Positions 55,045-63,987 of a stretch of DNA of 64,000 bases are shown piece by piece. The translations under genes were made by a program, and so were the position numbers. Each line of letters begins with the position of its first letter. The first letter of the stretch is position 1. The notes beneath the pieces were generated by a model, which was given only the letters and a program-made list of their open reading frames with translations, was not told the DNA's origin and did no database searches. The stretch comes from an uncultured virus (IMG/VR IMGVR_UViG_3300033463_005796) (taxonomy: Duplodnaviria; Heunggongvirae; Uroviricota; Caudoviricetes). The DNA is taken from IMG/VR virus record IMGVR_UViG_3300033463_005796; one strand, given 5' to 3'.

Positions 55045-55269
55045 TCAGACGTCTGATGGCTCACGGACCCAAGAGAACTTTGCAGCGGTGATTCCATTGT
55101 CTTCACGCCCCCAGTTCAAGAACTTCTCGATTCTCTTCTTTCCATACAGCTTGTCGCTGTAGAAGATCTCAATGCTGTTCAATCCAGTAGCATCTGCGCC
55201 TGGAGCAATGTTCCAGACAATGTCAGTGACGGTGTACTTGTAGTTGAAACGCTTTGGTGCAATGTTCAT
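55045..55269 (-). CDS. hypothetical protein
   Basis: ORF in early block. Confidence 0.5.
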   Translation of the reverse strand: MNIAPKRFNYKYTVTDIVWNIAPGADATGLNSIEIFYSDKLYGKKRIEKFLNWGREDNGITAAKFSWVREPSDV

Positions 55270-55271
55270 TG

Positions 55272-55808
55272 CTAGACTCCAAACTTCTCGTTCTTCAGTT
55301 TCTCGTGAAGCTTCTCAGAAAAATACTTCGACTCAACATCAGTAAGGATCTCCCTGTGGAAGATGACCGGATAATCATTCACCCAGTCAGCCATCTCAAA
55401 GTGCTGGAGGCCGAGACGATGCTTCTTGACGGTCTCATCGGGGACATTGTGAACATTATCATGCTCAGTCCGAAGAGTGAAGACGAAGATAGAACGGTTG
55501 AACATCTTCGCAATCTCGAAGTAGGGCTTCAGCTCCCACATCTGGCAGAACGTGTTAGCCACGACAATCGGAACAGTAGGGCAGTCACGAGCAAACCGAA
55601 TGACTTCACCCTGGTTCCAGTTGTGGGCGAACTTCAGAAGGTTCGCGTTGAAGTGGTAGTCATGGTTGTTGACAGCGTCCTTGAAGAAGTTGTCAGTCTC
55701 AAAGATGAGGCAGTTGATCGCATCATCCTCGGGACCACGGATCTCTTCAGCGAACGTCGACTTGCCAGCGCCAGAAGCGCCACGGACGAAGATCATCGGA
55801 GCATTCAT
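55272..55808 (-). CDS. AAA_33-type P-loop kinase (polynucleotide-kinase-like)
   Basis: RGASGAGKSTFA, ETDNFF, AHNW, VANTF..WEL.PY, NVHNVP. Confidence 0.82.
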   Translation of the reverse strand: MNAPMIFVRGASGAGKSTFAEEIRGPEDDAINCLIFETDNFFKDAVNNHDYHFNANLLKFAHNWNQGEVIRFARDCPTVPIVVANTFCQMWELKPYFEIAKMFNRSIFVFTLRTEHDNVHNVPDETVKKHRLGLQHFEMADWVNDYPVIFHREILTDVESKYFSEKLHEKLKNEKFGV

Positions 55809-56056
55809 TAGTTGTTTCCTTTCTGGAAGTAGTAGCGGATTTGGAATCGGTTGAGCCCATAGATTCGGCATCGAGTGCCGTTGTATTCTTTCATGAGCTT
55901 CTGCCAGTGCTCACCAGCGGGCTTGAACTGAACAATCGGCTTAGGAGTGCCAGGAGGAATGTCAAAGTACATGTGCTCGTACTTGATGATTCCTTTCTTC
56001 TTTCCACGTCCAGGACGTAGATCCCAGATTTCGTAGAGGACGTCAAGCTTGTCCAT
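55808..56056 (-). CDS. hypothetical protein
   Basis: TAATG coupling to kinase. Confidence 0.55.
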   Translation of the reverse strand: MDKLDVLYEIWDLRPGRGKKKGIIKYEHMYFDIPPGTPKPIVQFKPAGEHWQKLMKEYNGTRCRIYGLNRFQIRYYFQKGNN

Positions 56057-56265
56057 CAGTCAATCTCCTTCGTCAGTTTGTTGAGGTTCTGCCGAGAACG
56101 CATCTTGTCCCGCTTAGAACGCATGACACGTGTTCCAGTGTTGAATGGAATGATGACACGCGGCTTGAGCAGCTTAGACTTGTTCTTGTTTTTCATTGGC
56201 ATGGTTATTATAACAAACTGAAAAACAATTGGCAGATCCGACTAGAAAATAATTTCAGTCGGCCA

Positions 56266-56781
56266 TCAAGCTGCAATCTCTTTCACGCCCTTCTCAACAG
56301 CGGCAATGTAGATCTTGATCTCACGGACAATGCGCTCGGCACGATTCTTGACAAAGTAGCCATCATTCGCATAGAGCTTAGCAAAAGTATCAGCGTCAGT
56401 GCCATAGTCATCTGGGCCAATGGTCCATTTGATAGTCACGCCATCAGACAGCAGCCGAGCAATCAGATCATGGTTTCCGCAAGCTCCACCTGCTTTATAT
56501 CCAAACTTAGTCGTCCAGCCGGCAAAGCCAAGGGTGTGGTTGATGCAGTCAGTCGTAAAGATGGAATGGGCGAAGATAGAGTTCTTATTCACAATTCCAT
56601 AGTTGAGCTTCATAAGCTTTTCAACGACGGGCGCAAGCTCAAACACCTTAGGAAGGAGCTTCTCAGCCTCATGGAGCTGAGCAGCTACAAAAGCGATGTT
56701 GTAATTCTCAATATGCTTCTTGGCGTCCTCACGGGCGTTCTCGACTTTGTCAAGCTTCTTAAGCATCTCTTCAGCTGTCAT
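56266..56781 (-). CDS. hypothetical protein
   Basis: 171-aa ORF with GGAG RBS. Confidence 0.65.
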   Translation of the reverse strand: MTAEEMLKKLDKVENAREDAKKHIENYNIAFVAAQLHEAEKLLPKVFELAPVVEKLMKLNYGIVNKNSIFAHSIFTTDCINHTLGFAGWTTKFGYKAGGACGNHDLIARLLSDGVTIKWTIGPDDYGTDADTFAKLYANDGYFVKNRAERIVREIKIYIAAVEKGVKEIAA

Positions 56782-56793
56782 TTTCTTTTCTCC

Positions 56794-57045
56794 TTACTTT
56801 TTGGCAATGAAGAAGCGAGTATTTCCCATCGGTTCCACTCCACGAAGACGCACCGATGTCTCAGTCTCACGATCAAGCGTCCACCTAACCTTCAGGTGGA
56901 GAGTATTGAGACGCTTGACGAGATCCTTGCCGTTCTTTGCATCTTCAACTGCATCATGGATGTAGACAGTATCTTCACGATCCCAAGGAAGATCACTGAT
57001 AGCACAGGGAATCATGGATGCCGTAGTGTAATGAGGATTGGTCAT
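56794..57045 (-). CDS. hypothetical protein
   Basis: ORF with AAGGAAA RBS. Confidence 0.6.
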   Translation of the reverse strand: MTNPHYTTASMIPCAISDLPWDREDTVYIHDAVEDAKNGKDLVKRLNTLHLKVRWTLDRETETSVRLRGVEPMGNTRFFIAKK

Positions 57046-57068
57046 TTGGTTGTTTCCTTTGGTTGGGT

Positions 57069-57335
57069 TTAAAGAGCAATGTTGAAGTGCTTCTTGATGT
57101 GGTCAAGCGCATCCTTCCAGGTGGTCTTGCCATCAGCCAAGAATCCGGGAATGTCTTTAGCCGTCTTCGTGTCGACAGGCGTAATGCTGTCGAAGTAGAA
57201 GTCAGCTCCATTCTTCTTTGAAGCGCCGTGCTTCCGTGCCCAGCGGATGAAGTCCATCTGGTTGGAATAGACGAGCGTGCATCCGAAAGCTTGCTCGGGA
57301 TAAGCCTTCGAATAGTAGAAGTATCTCATGTCCAT
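57069..57335 (-). CDS. hypothetical protein
   Basis: first gene after class I promoter. Confidence 0.6.
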   Translation of the reverse strand: MDMRYFYYSKAYPEQAFGCTLVYSNQMDFIRWARKHGASKKNGADFYFDSITPVDTKTAKDIPGFLADGKTTWKDALDHIKKHFNIAL

Positions 57336-57420
57336 GTGGTTGTTCCTTGTTGGTTTGGTGGGTGACAGAATTATTATAACAAGTTGAAAATCTTTTGGCA
57401 GTCCCGCTAGAAATTATTTT

Positions 57421-57678
57421 TCAGCGGTCGACTTCTACTCGGTCCTTTGGGTACCAGTGTTGATAGCAAGCAATAGCATTAATCTCTGCTTGCTTCTCAT
57501 TGGAGCCGCCAATGTTTGCGACATGGTGCAAGACACTGCCGCTTGGAGTAGTGATCTTCAAGTGGACAGAGTAGAGGTTCGTTCCAGGATCGCTGTTGAT
57601 CCTTCGTCTGATAAGAGACATGCTTTCCTTCTTTCTCTTAGGCGATGGCGACACAGTCATACCATCTGCGAAGTGCAA
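57421..57678 (-). CDS. hypothetical protein
   Basis: likely start MSLIR. Confidence 0.45.
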   Translation of the reverse strand: MHFADGMTVSPSPKRKKESMSLIRRRINSDPGTNLYSVHLKITTPSGSVLHHVANIGGSNEKQAEINAIACYQHWYPKDRVEVDR

Positions 57679-57798
57679 GAGCTGCGAACTTTGCAGAAGT
57701 AGGATTCGTGTAAGCGCTCACACGACGAGCGCGGGTGCACGTCCCATCAGGATCATAGTTGTAAGCGAAGACAAGCCATGGTTTCATGTGTTTTCTCC

Positions 57799-58158
57799 TT
57801 AGATGATCTTGATGCTGGCATGAGCATTGTTCTCATCGATCAGCATCTTCTCTGCATTCTTGAGAGCGCCATTGGCATGCGGGAACCAGCCGATCGAGAA
57901 AGGAATCGGCCTGTCAGTCTGGACGCAGCTGATCAGCGACATGACTGCGTTGTTGGCCTTGATCAGTTCGGCCAAAATCTGTTCTTTGGTTGCAGGGTTC
58001 ATGGTTGTTTGGTTAGTTTGGGTTAACGCTTCATTTCGTGCTCCATTCTCCTTCGACTTTTTCAGGAAGATCGATGACAGTCTTTCCAATTTTCCAATGG
58101 CCGGCAGGAGACCAATCATTGTCTTCAGACGCCTCTTCATCTTCGACATATTCACCAA
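57799..58158 (-). CDS. hypothetical protein
   Basis: likely start MNPAT. Confidence 0.45.
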   Translation of the reverse strand: MVNMSKMKRRLKTMIGLLPAIGKLERLSSIFLKKSKENGARNEALTQTNQTTMNPATKEQILAELIKANNAVMSLISCVQTDRPIPFSIGWFPHANGALKNAEKMLIDENNAHASIKII

Positions 58159-58258
58159 TCACGACTTCTTCTTTGAGAGTCGCGACGTATTCGTCAAGAA
58201 GGTCGGGGTTTTCTTCCGCGAACTTGTTAACCTTTTGGACAAAGTCTTTAAGTGTCAT
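58031..58258 (-). CDS. hypothetical protein
   Basis: first gene after class I promoter. Confidence 0.55.
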   Translation of the reverse strand: MTLKDFVQKVNKFAEENPDLLDEYVATLKEEVVIGEYVEDEEASEDNDWSPAGHWKIGKTVIDLPEKVEGEWSTK

Positions 58259-58339
58259 GGTTTTGTGGTTATTTGGGGTTGACAGTATTATTATAACAAA
58301 CTGGAAACTTATTGGCAGTCACATCAGAAAATAATTTTT

Positions 58340-58669
58340 CTAATGGATCCGGTTGATGATGCACTTGTCAATGTCGAAGACCTCTTCAACACGGCTGCCA
58401 GTGAACTCTGGCCACTTGGCAGCATCTTCATCAAGTCGCTTTTGGACAATGCTGCGAGCATCATCCTCATTTTCAGCATTGAGATAAGTGCGGAAATTGA
58501 CACGCTTCTTCAACTGCTTGCGCTTTCCATTCTTGTCATAAGTGTATGTTGGCGTAGAATAAGTGACGCACCACCGGCAATGAAGGTTGGTTTCTTCAGG
58601 CATGCTTCTTTCCCTTTCTCTTCTTGGTTGGGAACCTGGTAAGGACTTTGTAGTTAAAGCCTTCGACAA
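58340..58669 (-). CDS. hypothetical protein
   Basis: likely start MPEET. Confidence 0.5.
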   Translation of the reverse strand: MSKALTTKSLPGSQPRRERERSMPEETNLHCRWCVTYSTPTYTYDKNGKRKQLKKRVNFRTYLNAENEDDARSIVQKRLDEDAAKWPEFTGSRVEEVFDIDKCIINRIH

Positions 58670-58898
58670 GCCAATTGCCGGCTTCAGTCAGCTCATCGCA
58701 GATGTAGTCGGCCGTCAAGTCAGATGGCTTGTCGATCTCAAGGACAAGATCCATCTCGGTGCCAAGTGAAGCCTTCACTTCAGCGATCCTGGCTTCAATC
58801 TTCTCTTCGTCTTCAATGTCTTCTTCAGGCATTGAATCGATGACGTCCTCATCTTCGACACTCCACCTGATGTTGTAGCAATGAACTTTAACAGTCAT
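58596..58898 (-). CDS. hypothetical phage protein
   Basis: YNIRW...ICDELTEAGNWLVEGF. Confidence 0.6.
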   Translation of the reverse strand: MTVKVHCYNIRWSVEDEDVIDSMPEEDIEDEEKIEARIAEVKASLGTEMDLVLEIDKPSDLTADYICDELTEAGNWLVEGFNYKVLTRFPTKKRKGKKHA

Positions 58899-59105
58899 CT
58901 AGTTTCCTCCTGGTTCGACGATCCATTTGACATTGACATCGTAAGCCGCCATCGGCCAGACACTGAGCAAGAACTTGCGTGTGTCACGGACAAAATCTTT
59001 GACTGAACGCCTCTTGTCAATTATGACGAACGTTCGAGACCCCATCTCGACAAGACGGCCATCGAAGTTGGCGACGACTTGCCATTTGATTGTGAACTTG
59101 GTCAT
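58899..59105 (-). CDS. hypothetical protein
   Basis: ORF in early block. Confidence 0.5.
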   Translation of the reverse strand: MTKFTIKWQVVANFDGRLVEMGSRTFVIIDKRRSVKDFVRDTRKFLLSVWPMAAYDVNVKWIVEPGGN

Positions 59106-59108
59106 TGC

Positions 59109-59366
59109 TTAGTCCTCAAAAGTGAGATTGCGGCGGGTGATGACGACGTTGTGGAAGAGCTTGGCAGGGTCGTCGCCGCGGACGGCTCGGCTCAAGTGGA
59201 CTCCAGCCCAGAGAGTCTTCGGCCCAATCTCGATCTTGGAGACCTTCGCTCCCCAGACATTCTCGAACTGGTCACGGATAGCTTCCTTGATGCCATCAAG
59301 GGTCTTAGCGCATCGTGCCGTCCGGAAGGTGTTTCCAAACGCTGTGTAGAAGTTGATCTTGCTCAT
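59109..59366 (-). CDS. hypothetical protein
   Basis: first gene after class I promoter. Confidence 0.55.
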   Translation of the reverse strand: MSKINFYTAFGNTFRTARCAKTLDGIKEAIRDQFENVWGAKVSKIEIGPKTLWAGVHLSRAVRGDDPAKLFHNVVITRRNLTFED

Positions 59367-59492
59367 TGGCTGTTTCTTTGGTTGTTGGTTGTTTGAGCTG
59401 CTTTATTCAAGCGGCATAATTATTATAACAAATTGGGTCCTAATTGGCAGGACCCATCAGAAAATAATTTTCCCCGCTAGACAGCCATCATT

Positions 59493-59711
59493 CTACTTAG
59501 ACTCTTCTTTGTTCTTAGCGATCAGGCCATCGATGTCGGCGGAAGTCTTCCTAAGGAACTTAAGCATCCCATCAAGGAGCTTGTCCTCTCGCTCAAGCGT
59601 TTCAATCTCGCCATCAAGCTTCCCTTGAATCTTGCCGACGCGATATCCGACAAAGCATCCAGCAAGGAAGCAGATTCCGCCCATGAAGACTGGGTCATTC
59701 AGCAGTTCCAT
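59493..59711 (-). CDS. small membrane-anchored protein
   Basis: N-terminal hydrophobic helix. Confidence 0.55.
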   Translation of the reverse strand: MELLNDPVFMGGICFLAGCFVGYRVGKIQGKLDGEIETLEREDKLLDGMLKFLRKTSADIDGLIAKNKEESK

Positions 59712-60130
59712 TTCATTTTCTCCTTTTCTTTTTTATTGCTGTCTAGCCAGCAAATGGATCGTCAAGAAACGACGAGAGCTCCTTGCCAGCCTCAGGATGC
59801 TCAAGCAGATAGAGCATGATTTCCGGCTGACGAAACGCAAAACCAGTCAAGAACAGCGCTTCCATCGCGATTCCAATGCCATAGAACCAGATGGCGAAAA
59901 CCATCAGCACAGAAAGAATTTCCAAGATTTCCATTTGTGTTTCTCCTTTTAGTAGATCGGGTCGAACGGACTGGCCATCTTCACGGACCTCACCTTCAGG
60001 CTGCATGCCGCTGCGGCCAGCTCGGCCTCGTGCCTTGCGTCCATAGAGTTCTTCGCCCAGACAGACGTGACGACGCCGTTGGTGAACCTGACGGTGTAGC
60101 GGAAAGAATTCATTTTGTTTTTCCTTTTGT

Positions 60131-60340
60131 TTAGATTTGAATCGCTGAAACGAACTGGATGCTGCGATAGCATCGGCTCATGTAGAACCGAGCTGCAAGG
60201 TTGAAGGCCGTCTCAGAAGGAGACTGGCCATTGAGCGCACCAAGGCAGACACGCTGCCTGCGGCACACGACTTTCGACGGATCGCCAACTGCCCGTTGGA
60301 CGAGCATCTTGACGGAGTATGTTGCGACTGGGCTGCTCAT
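60131..60340 (-). CDS. hypothetical protein
   Basis: first gene after class I promoter. Confidence 0.5.
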   Translation of the reverse strand: MSSPVATYSVKMLVQRAVGDPSKVVCRRQRVCLGALNGQSPSETAFNLAARFYMSRCYRSIQFVSAIQI

Positions 60341-60552
60341 GTGGGTTTATTTCCTTGGGCTGCTGCTCAATCAAGCAGCATGATTATTATAACAATCTGG
60401 AAACTATTTGGCAGTCACATCAGAAAATAATTTTATCTCGGTCAGCCTCGCCAGCCGTAGCATTTCCTTGCCATTCTCATCAGCCACTGCCATCTGTAGT
60501 ATTCAGAAGGCCGGCACGTGAAGAAATAGAGCGTCATTTGGTTTCTCTCCTT

Positions 60553-60846
60553 TCAGCTGACGACCGGAAGATTGCGAAGCTCACCCCAGAAGTGATGGTA
60601 CTCGGTATGCTGGAAGAACCAGAACGCCGAGTCAACGTCCTCGAACGTCATGGTCAGCTTCTTCATTCTGCTGTCACCGGCGTAGAATCCCGAGACCTTG
60701 ATCTTCCCAGTCTCTTCAAAGAACTTCTCATCGCAGTCCCAGTGGAATTTGCTAGGGATGTAGTTCTTGAAGTCACGGACTCGGAACTTGACGTAGTCTT
60801 CCTCACTGACGGCATGGCCGCAGTAGTCTCTCATCTTCTTAGGCAT
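60553..60846 (-). CDS. hypothetical protein
   Basis: ORF in early block. Confidence 0.55.
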   Translation of the reverse strand: MPKKMRDYCGHAVSEEDYVKFRVRDFKNYIPSKFHWDCDEKFFEETGKIKVSGFYAGDSRMKKLTMTFEDVDSAFWFFQHTEYHHFWGELRNLPVVS

Positions 60847-60868
60847 CTAGTTTCTCTCTTTGATTGTC

Positions 60869-61117
60869 CTACGCGAAGACTCCCAAGATCCGCTGGTTCG
60901 CCTTGAACGCCATCGCACAGCGGTCCTCAGGATACGAAAGAACAACGAACTTGCCAGCTGGATATTGGTTGTGCAGAACGCGGCTGATCTTGTCCTTCGC
61001 CTTGTCCAAAGTGTCGTGCTTCGAACAGCAGCACCAGCCGGCATCTACGCAGTTGCCCCCGTCAGGGACGCCCTTGTAGACCTCAGTCCAAACCATCTGG
61101 TAGTCGTTGGGGATCAT
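60869..61117 (-). CDS. hypothetical protein
   Basis: ORF in early block. Confidence 0.5.
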   Translation of the reverse strand: MIPNDYQMVWTEVYKGVPDGGNCVDAGWCCCSKHDTLDKAKDKISRVLHNQYPAGKFVVLSYPEDRCAMAFKANQRILGVFA

Positions 61118-61127
61118 CGCATTGTCC

Positions 61128-61355
61128 TCACTGCTTTACGAGCTCGTAGCCCGTAGTCATGCTCCAATAGGAGCGGCCGTTGTTCAGGCAATTCAGAAGC
61201 CCGCGGATCGACTTGATCTGCCAACGCTCTTTGCCGTTGCATTCAATGGTATACCCAAACACGTTGTCAACAAGCTCACGGAGCGTTCCCGTGTAGTCGT
61301 GAGAATGGCCGTTGTGCCGGGTGCGGACCGTGTAGACTTTGCTGGAATTAGCCAT
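61128..61355 (-). CDS. hypothetical phage protein
   Basis: GTLRELVDNVFGYTIECN...KSIRGLLNCLN. Confidence 0.6.
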   Translation of the reverse strand: MANSSKVYTVRTRHNGHSHDYTGTLRELVDNVFGYTIECNGKERWQIKSIRGLLNCLNNGRSYWSMTTGYELVKQ

Positions 61356-61396
61356 TTTGTTTTTTCCTTTTAGTTAGGGTTGCTGCAGTTGATGGT

Positions 61397-61663
61397 TCAG
61401 CTGTGCCAAGCTTCATTGCGGATGCGCACGATCTCCTCAGCCTTGGCTTTGCCGGCGTCACCGGAGAATGGAAGGCCGACCGACTTCGTCTTGGTGCCGT
61501 ACCAAGAGCTCTTCTCTCCGTTAGGACCCACAGGGCGTTCCATCACGTAGTACCACGGTTCTTTGAGGATCTGAGGATCGTTGCGGTCGCCGGACGGGAG
61601 CTGTGTGACTTTCTTGACGAAGTACCGCCGCTTGCTCTTAGGAATGGAATCGAGTTTGGACAT
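61397..61663 (-). CDS. hypothetical protein
   Basis: first gene after class I promoter. Confidence 0.55.
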   Translation of the reverse strand: MSKLDSIPKSKRRYFVKKVTQLPSGDRNDPQILKEPWYYVMERPVGPNGEKSSWYGTKTKSVGLPFSGDAGKAKAEEIVRIRNEAWHS

Positions 61664-61761
61664 GTGGGTTGTTCTCTTTTTGGTTTGAGCTGCTCAATCA
61701 AGCAGCAAGATTATTATAACAAAAGACAAAACAATTGGCAGTCCCATCAGAAATTATTTTA

Positions 61762-62088
61762 TCAGTCGGAGACGACAACTTGCCAGTCATCCTCATAGAT
61801 GATCGGACCAAGGCTTACATCATCGGTGACAACCTCTAGGATCCGCACTCCATCAAGAAACCGCTTGAAGAACGGCAAAGTATGCTTCTTGAAAGCAGCA
61901 CACCCAGATTCCGTAAACCAAGACATACGGCTTCCATAGAAAGGAAGAGCCGACTTCGGAAGCCATGAAACGGCCGGACTTGAAAGGATCTCATTCTTCC
62001 AGACATCTGGACTTACAGACTTCTTAAGGAAATCGTAGATCCCTACACCATTGACAGTGAACCTATGCAAGATCATTTCCAGCTCCAT
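61762..62088 (-). CDS. hypothetical phage protein
   Basis: SWFTESG...IIYEDDWQVV. Confidence 0.6.
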   Translation of the reverse strand: MELEMILHRFTVNGVGIYDFLKKSVSPDVWKNEILSSPAVSWLPKSALPFYGSRMSWFTESGCAAFKKHTLPFFKRFLDGVRILEVVTDDVSLGPIIYEDDWQVVVSD

Positions 62089-62300
62089 GGACTTTTCTCC
62101 TTATCGGTTCTTGTTGTTCGCCCAGATTAGAAATGCGCCGAAAAAGAAATATGCGGCAATTGCTGACAAAGTCGCATTGACGAAACGGCCTTCAGCATAA
62201 TGGAGTATTGCTGCATAAAGAGAAAAAATCGCTGCAAGCCCGTTGCAAACTACTATTGCAGTTTTCATGGTCTTTTATCTTTCATTTATTAGAAACTTTC

Positions 62301-62482
62301 GGTGGAATCTTTGGCGGAATCTTTGGCGGAACTGCCGGCGGAATCTTTGGCGAAACTCCCGGCGGAATCGCAAATTTTTGCCCTAAACCTCCGCGCGACC
62401 CACGCGCGCCCGTGCGGCATGGATTCCGCCGAAAAACGAAAAGCCCGGCGATTCCGCTTAAAAAAGCGATTCCGCTTAAAAA
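62301..62482. repeat. six 12-bp GGCGGAATCTTT-type tandem units plus three inverted GATTCCGC copies
   Basis: direct reading of non-coding region. Confidence 0.85.
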
Positions 62483-62527
62483 TTTGCTCTGCTAATTTTT
62501 AGCCGCTATCGTAGTTTCTCCGCACTG

Positions 62528-63115
62528 CTATTTCCTTTCGATTTTTCCCATGAGGGTCTTTGTGATGTATGCGTCAAGTTCGGCTTCGCTGACCGGTCTG
62601 TAGTTCCAGACGTCTGTGCCGACGTTGATGTTGAGAACGGGCGGCGTGAACTTGAACTTCCAGGCGTCATGCACATGGCCGCACAGATGGATATGAAACC
62701 AGAGATGTCCGTCTGTGTAGGTGGGAGTTTCAACCTGCTCCCAGCGAGAATCGTAAGATGGGAAGTGGCCGACAGAAACGATGTATCTTCCTATTTTTCG
62801 GGTAAGGGTCCGGCCGATGACGCGCACATGGTTGTTCGCATCGTGGTTCCCTTCGAGGAAAATGATCGGGGCATGGATCTGGGAGACGTAGAAGTCGGGC
62901 TTGTTCCGGCCGGTTTCGATCCCGCGGTTCTTGCCGTAGTTGAGGAAGTCACCGACATGGATGAGGATGTCATCTGGCTTGACGCGCTCGTTGATTCCGC
63001 GGATGAGGGCAGCGTCATGCTTCTCGACGGACTTGAACGGACGATGCGCCCAGTCGATGATGCCGGGGGACTGGGAGCTTTGGAGGTGCAAGTCACTTGT
63101 GAAGAATGTTTTCAT
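62528..63115 (-). CDS. calcineurin-like metallophosphoesterase
   Basis: FTSDLHL, HVGD, GNHD, HFP, CGHVH, NVGTD. Confidence 0.9.
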   Translation of the reverse strand: MKTFFTSDLHLQSSQSPGIIDWAHRPFKSVEKHDAALIRGINERVKPDDILIHVGDFLNYGKNRGIETGRNKPDFYVSQIHAPIIFLEGNHDANNHVRVIGRTLTRKIGRYIVSVGHFPSYDSRWEQVETPTYTDGHLWFHIHLCGHVHDAWKFKFTPPVLNINVGTDVWNYRPVSEAELDAYITKTLMGKIERK

Positions 63116-63204
63116 CGAGGAACTTTGTTTTTCTCTGGGACTATTATAACAAAGTGACAGGGGTTTAGCAGAGTTGGATAAAATATTTTTTAATAAAACG
63201 GATT

Positions 63205-63233
63205 CTGCTAAAACAAAATTATTTTGTTATAAT
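63205..63233 (+). promoter_or_regulatory. class I promoter on the + strand
   Basis: CTGCTA-N17-TATAAT with TG extension. Confidence 0.7.
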
Positions 63234-63239
63234 AGCCGG

Positions 63240-63321
63240 CATTAAAGGAAATCCCCCTCCCGATGAGGCCCACACGGCGGACCCAACACGCCACTCACCG
63301 GGAGGGGGATTCCGGTTTTTT
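63240..63321 (+). ncRNA. candidate small RNA (GC-rich hairpin ending in U tract)
   Basis: AATCCCCCTCCCG/CGGGAGGGGGATT stem then TTTTTT, directly after promoter. Confidence 0.55.
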
Positions 63322-63335
63322 ACCCAGGAAACCGG

Positions 63336-63686
63336 TCAAAGATAGATTTTGTCGGAAGCATAAGTCCGTTTACGATAAGTCTGGTTGTCGTCCTTCGAGA
63401 CATATTCGAACTCGAGGTACTTTGTCCCAAACTCGTTTTGGACGACTTCGTTCTTCAGGAGCTTGTGGCCCCAGTAGTCGGCGAAGTTCTTGTTCTTGCG
63501 GATGAGGTCTTCCCACGGAAGGTACGGATCCCAGTCGTTGCCGCTCGAGAAGACCCAGCGGCCGTTCTTCTTGACATGGACGTAAGATGTGACAAGGCAC
63601 TTCGTGCTAGTGGAGTTGCTGCTCATTGTCGGTTTCCTTTCTGTTTGCTTAAGGTGTTGAAAAAGCAATCGTCTATTATAACACAA
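63336..63686 (-). CDS. hypothetical protein
   Basis: likely start MSSNS after class I promoter. Confidence 0.55.
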   Translation of the reverse strand: MCYNRRLLFQHLKQTERKPTMSSNSTSTKCLVTSYVHVKKNGRWVFSSGNDWDPYLPWEDLIRKNKNFADYWGHKLLKNEVVQNEFGTKYLEFEYVSKDDNQTYRKRTYASDKIYL

Positions 63687-63723
63687 AAGAAACTTTTTAG
63701 CAGTGCTTCATTTTAAAAAAAAA

Positions 63724-63987
63724 TCAATCGACCAGCGTGAACACGTAGTCGAAGAACTGGGAGAACCCGATGGACTTCTTCGCCGGAAAGAGACTTGCAT
63801 TGTGGGCAAGGTCTTTGAAGAGTTCGGATTCGGGGTTTCCGTTCCAGATCCAGTCGTAAGCCTCGCGGGCAACTTCTTCGGATTCGAAGACGATTCCGAT
63901 GTAGTTCTTCGAAAACTCGACGGACTTCACGCGGATGAAATCCAGGCCGATGTTCGGGTCGGAGACTTTGTCGATTCGGAGCTTCAT
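63724..63987 (-). CDS. hypothetical protein
   Basis: ORF at window end. Confidence 0.55.
   Translation of the reverse strand: MKLRIDKVSDPNIGLDFIRVKSVEFSKNYIGIVFESEEVAREAYDWIWNGNPESELFKDLAHNASLFPAKKSIGFSQFFDYVFTLVD

Noticed and set aside
39040..61760. CRISPR array from the recurring ~60-bp repeats
   Set aside because: Repeats are separated by whole genes of variable length and contain promoter and RBS elements; no cas genes
62208..62502. Gly-repeat proteins encoded by the 12-bp repeat
   Set aside because: Wrong strand for the region, no RBS, and inverted copies argue for a DNA-level element
6849..63505. Numerous + strand ORFs such as 9678..10478, 11427..12104, 44686..45471
   Set aside because: Antisense shadows of well-supported - strand genes; only 35850..36290 fills a real gap
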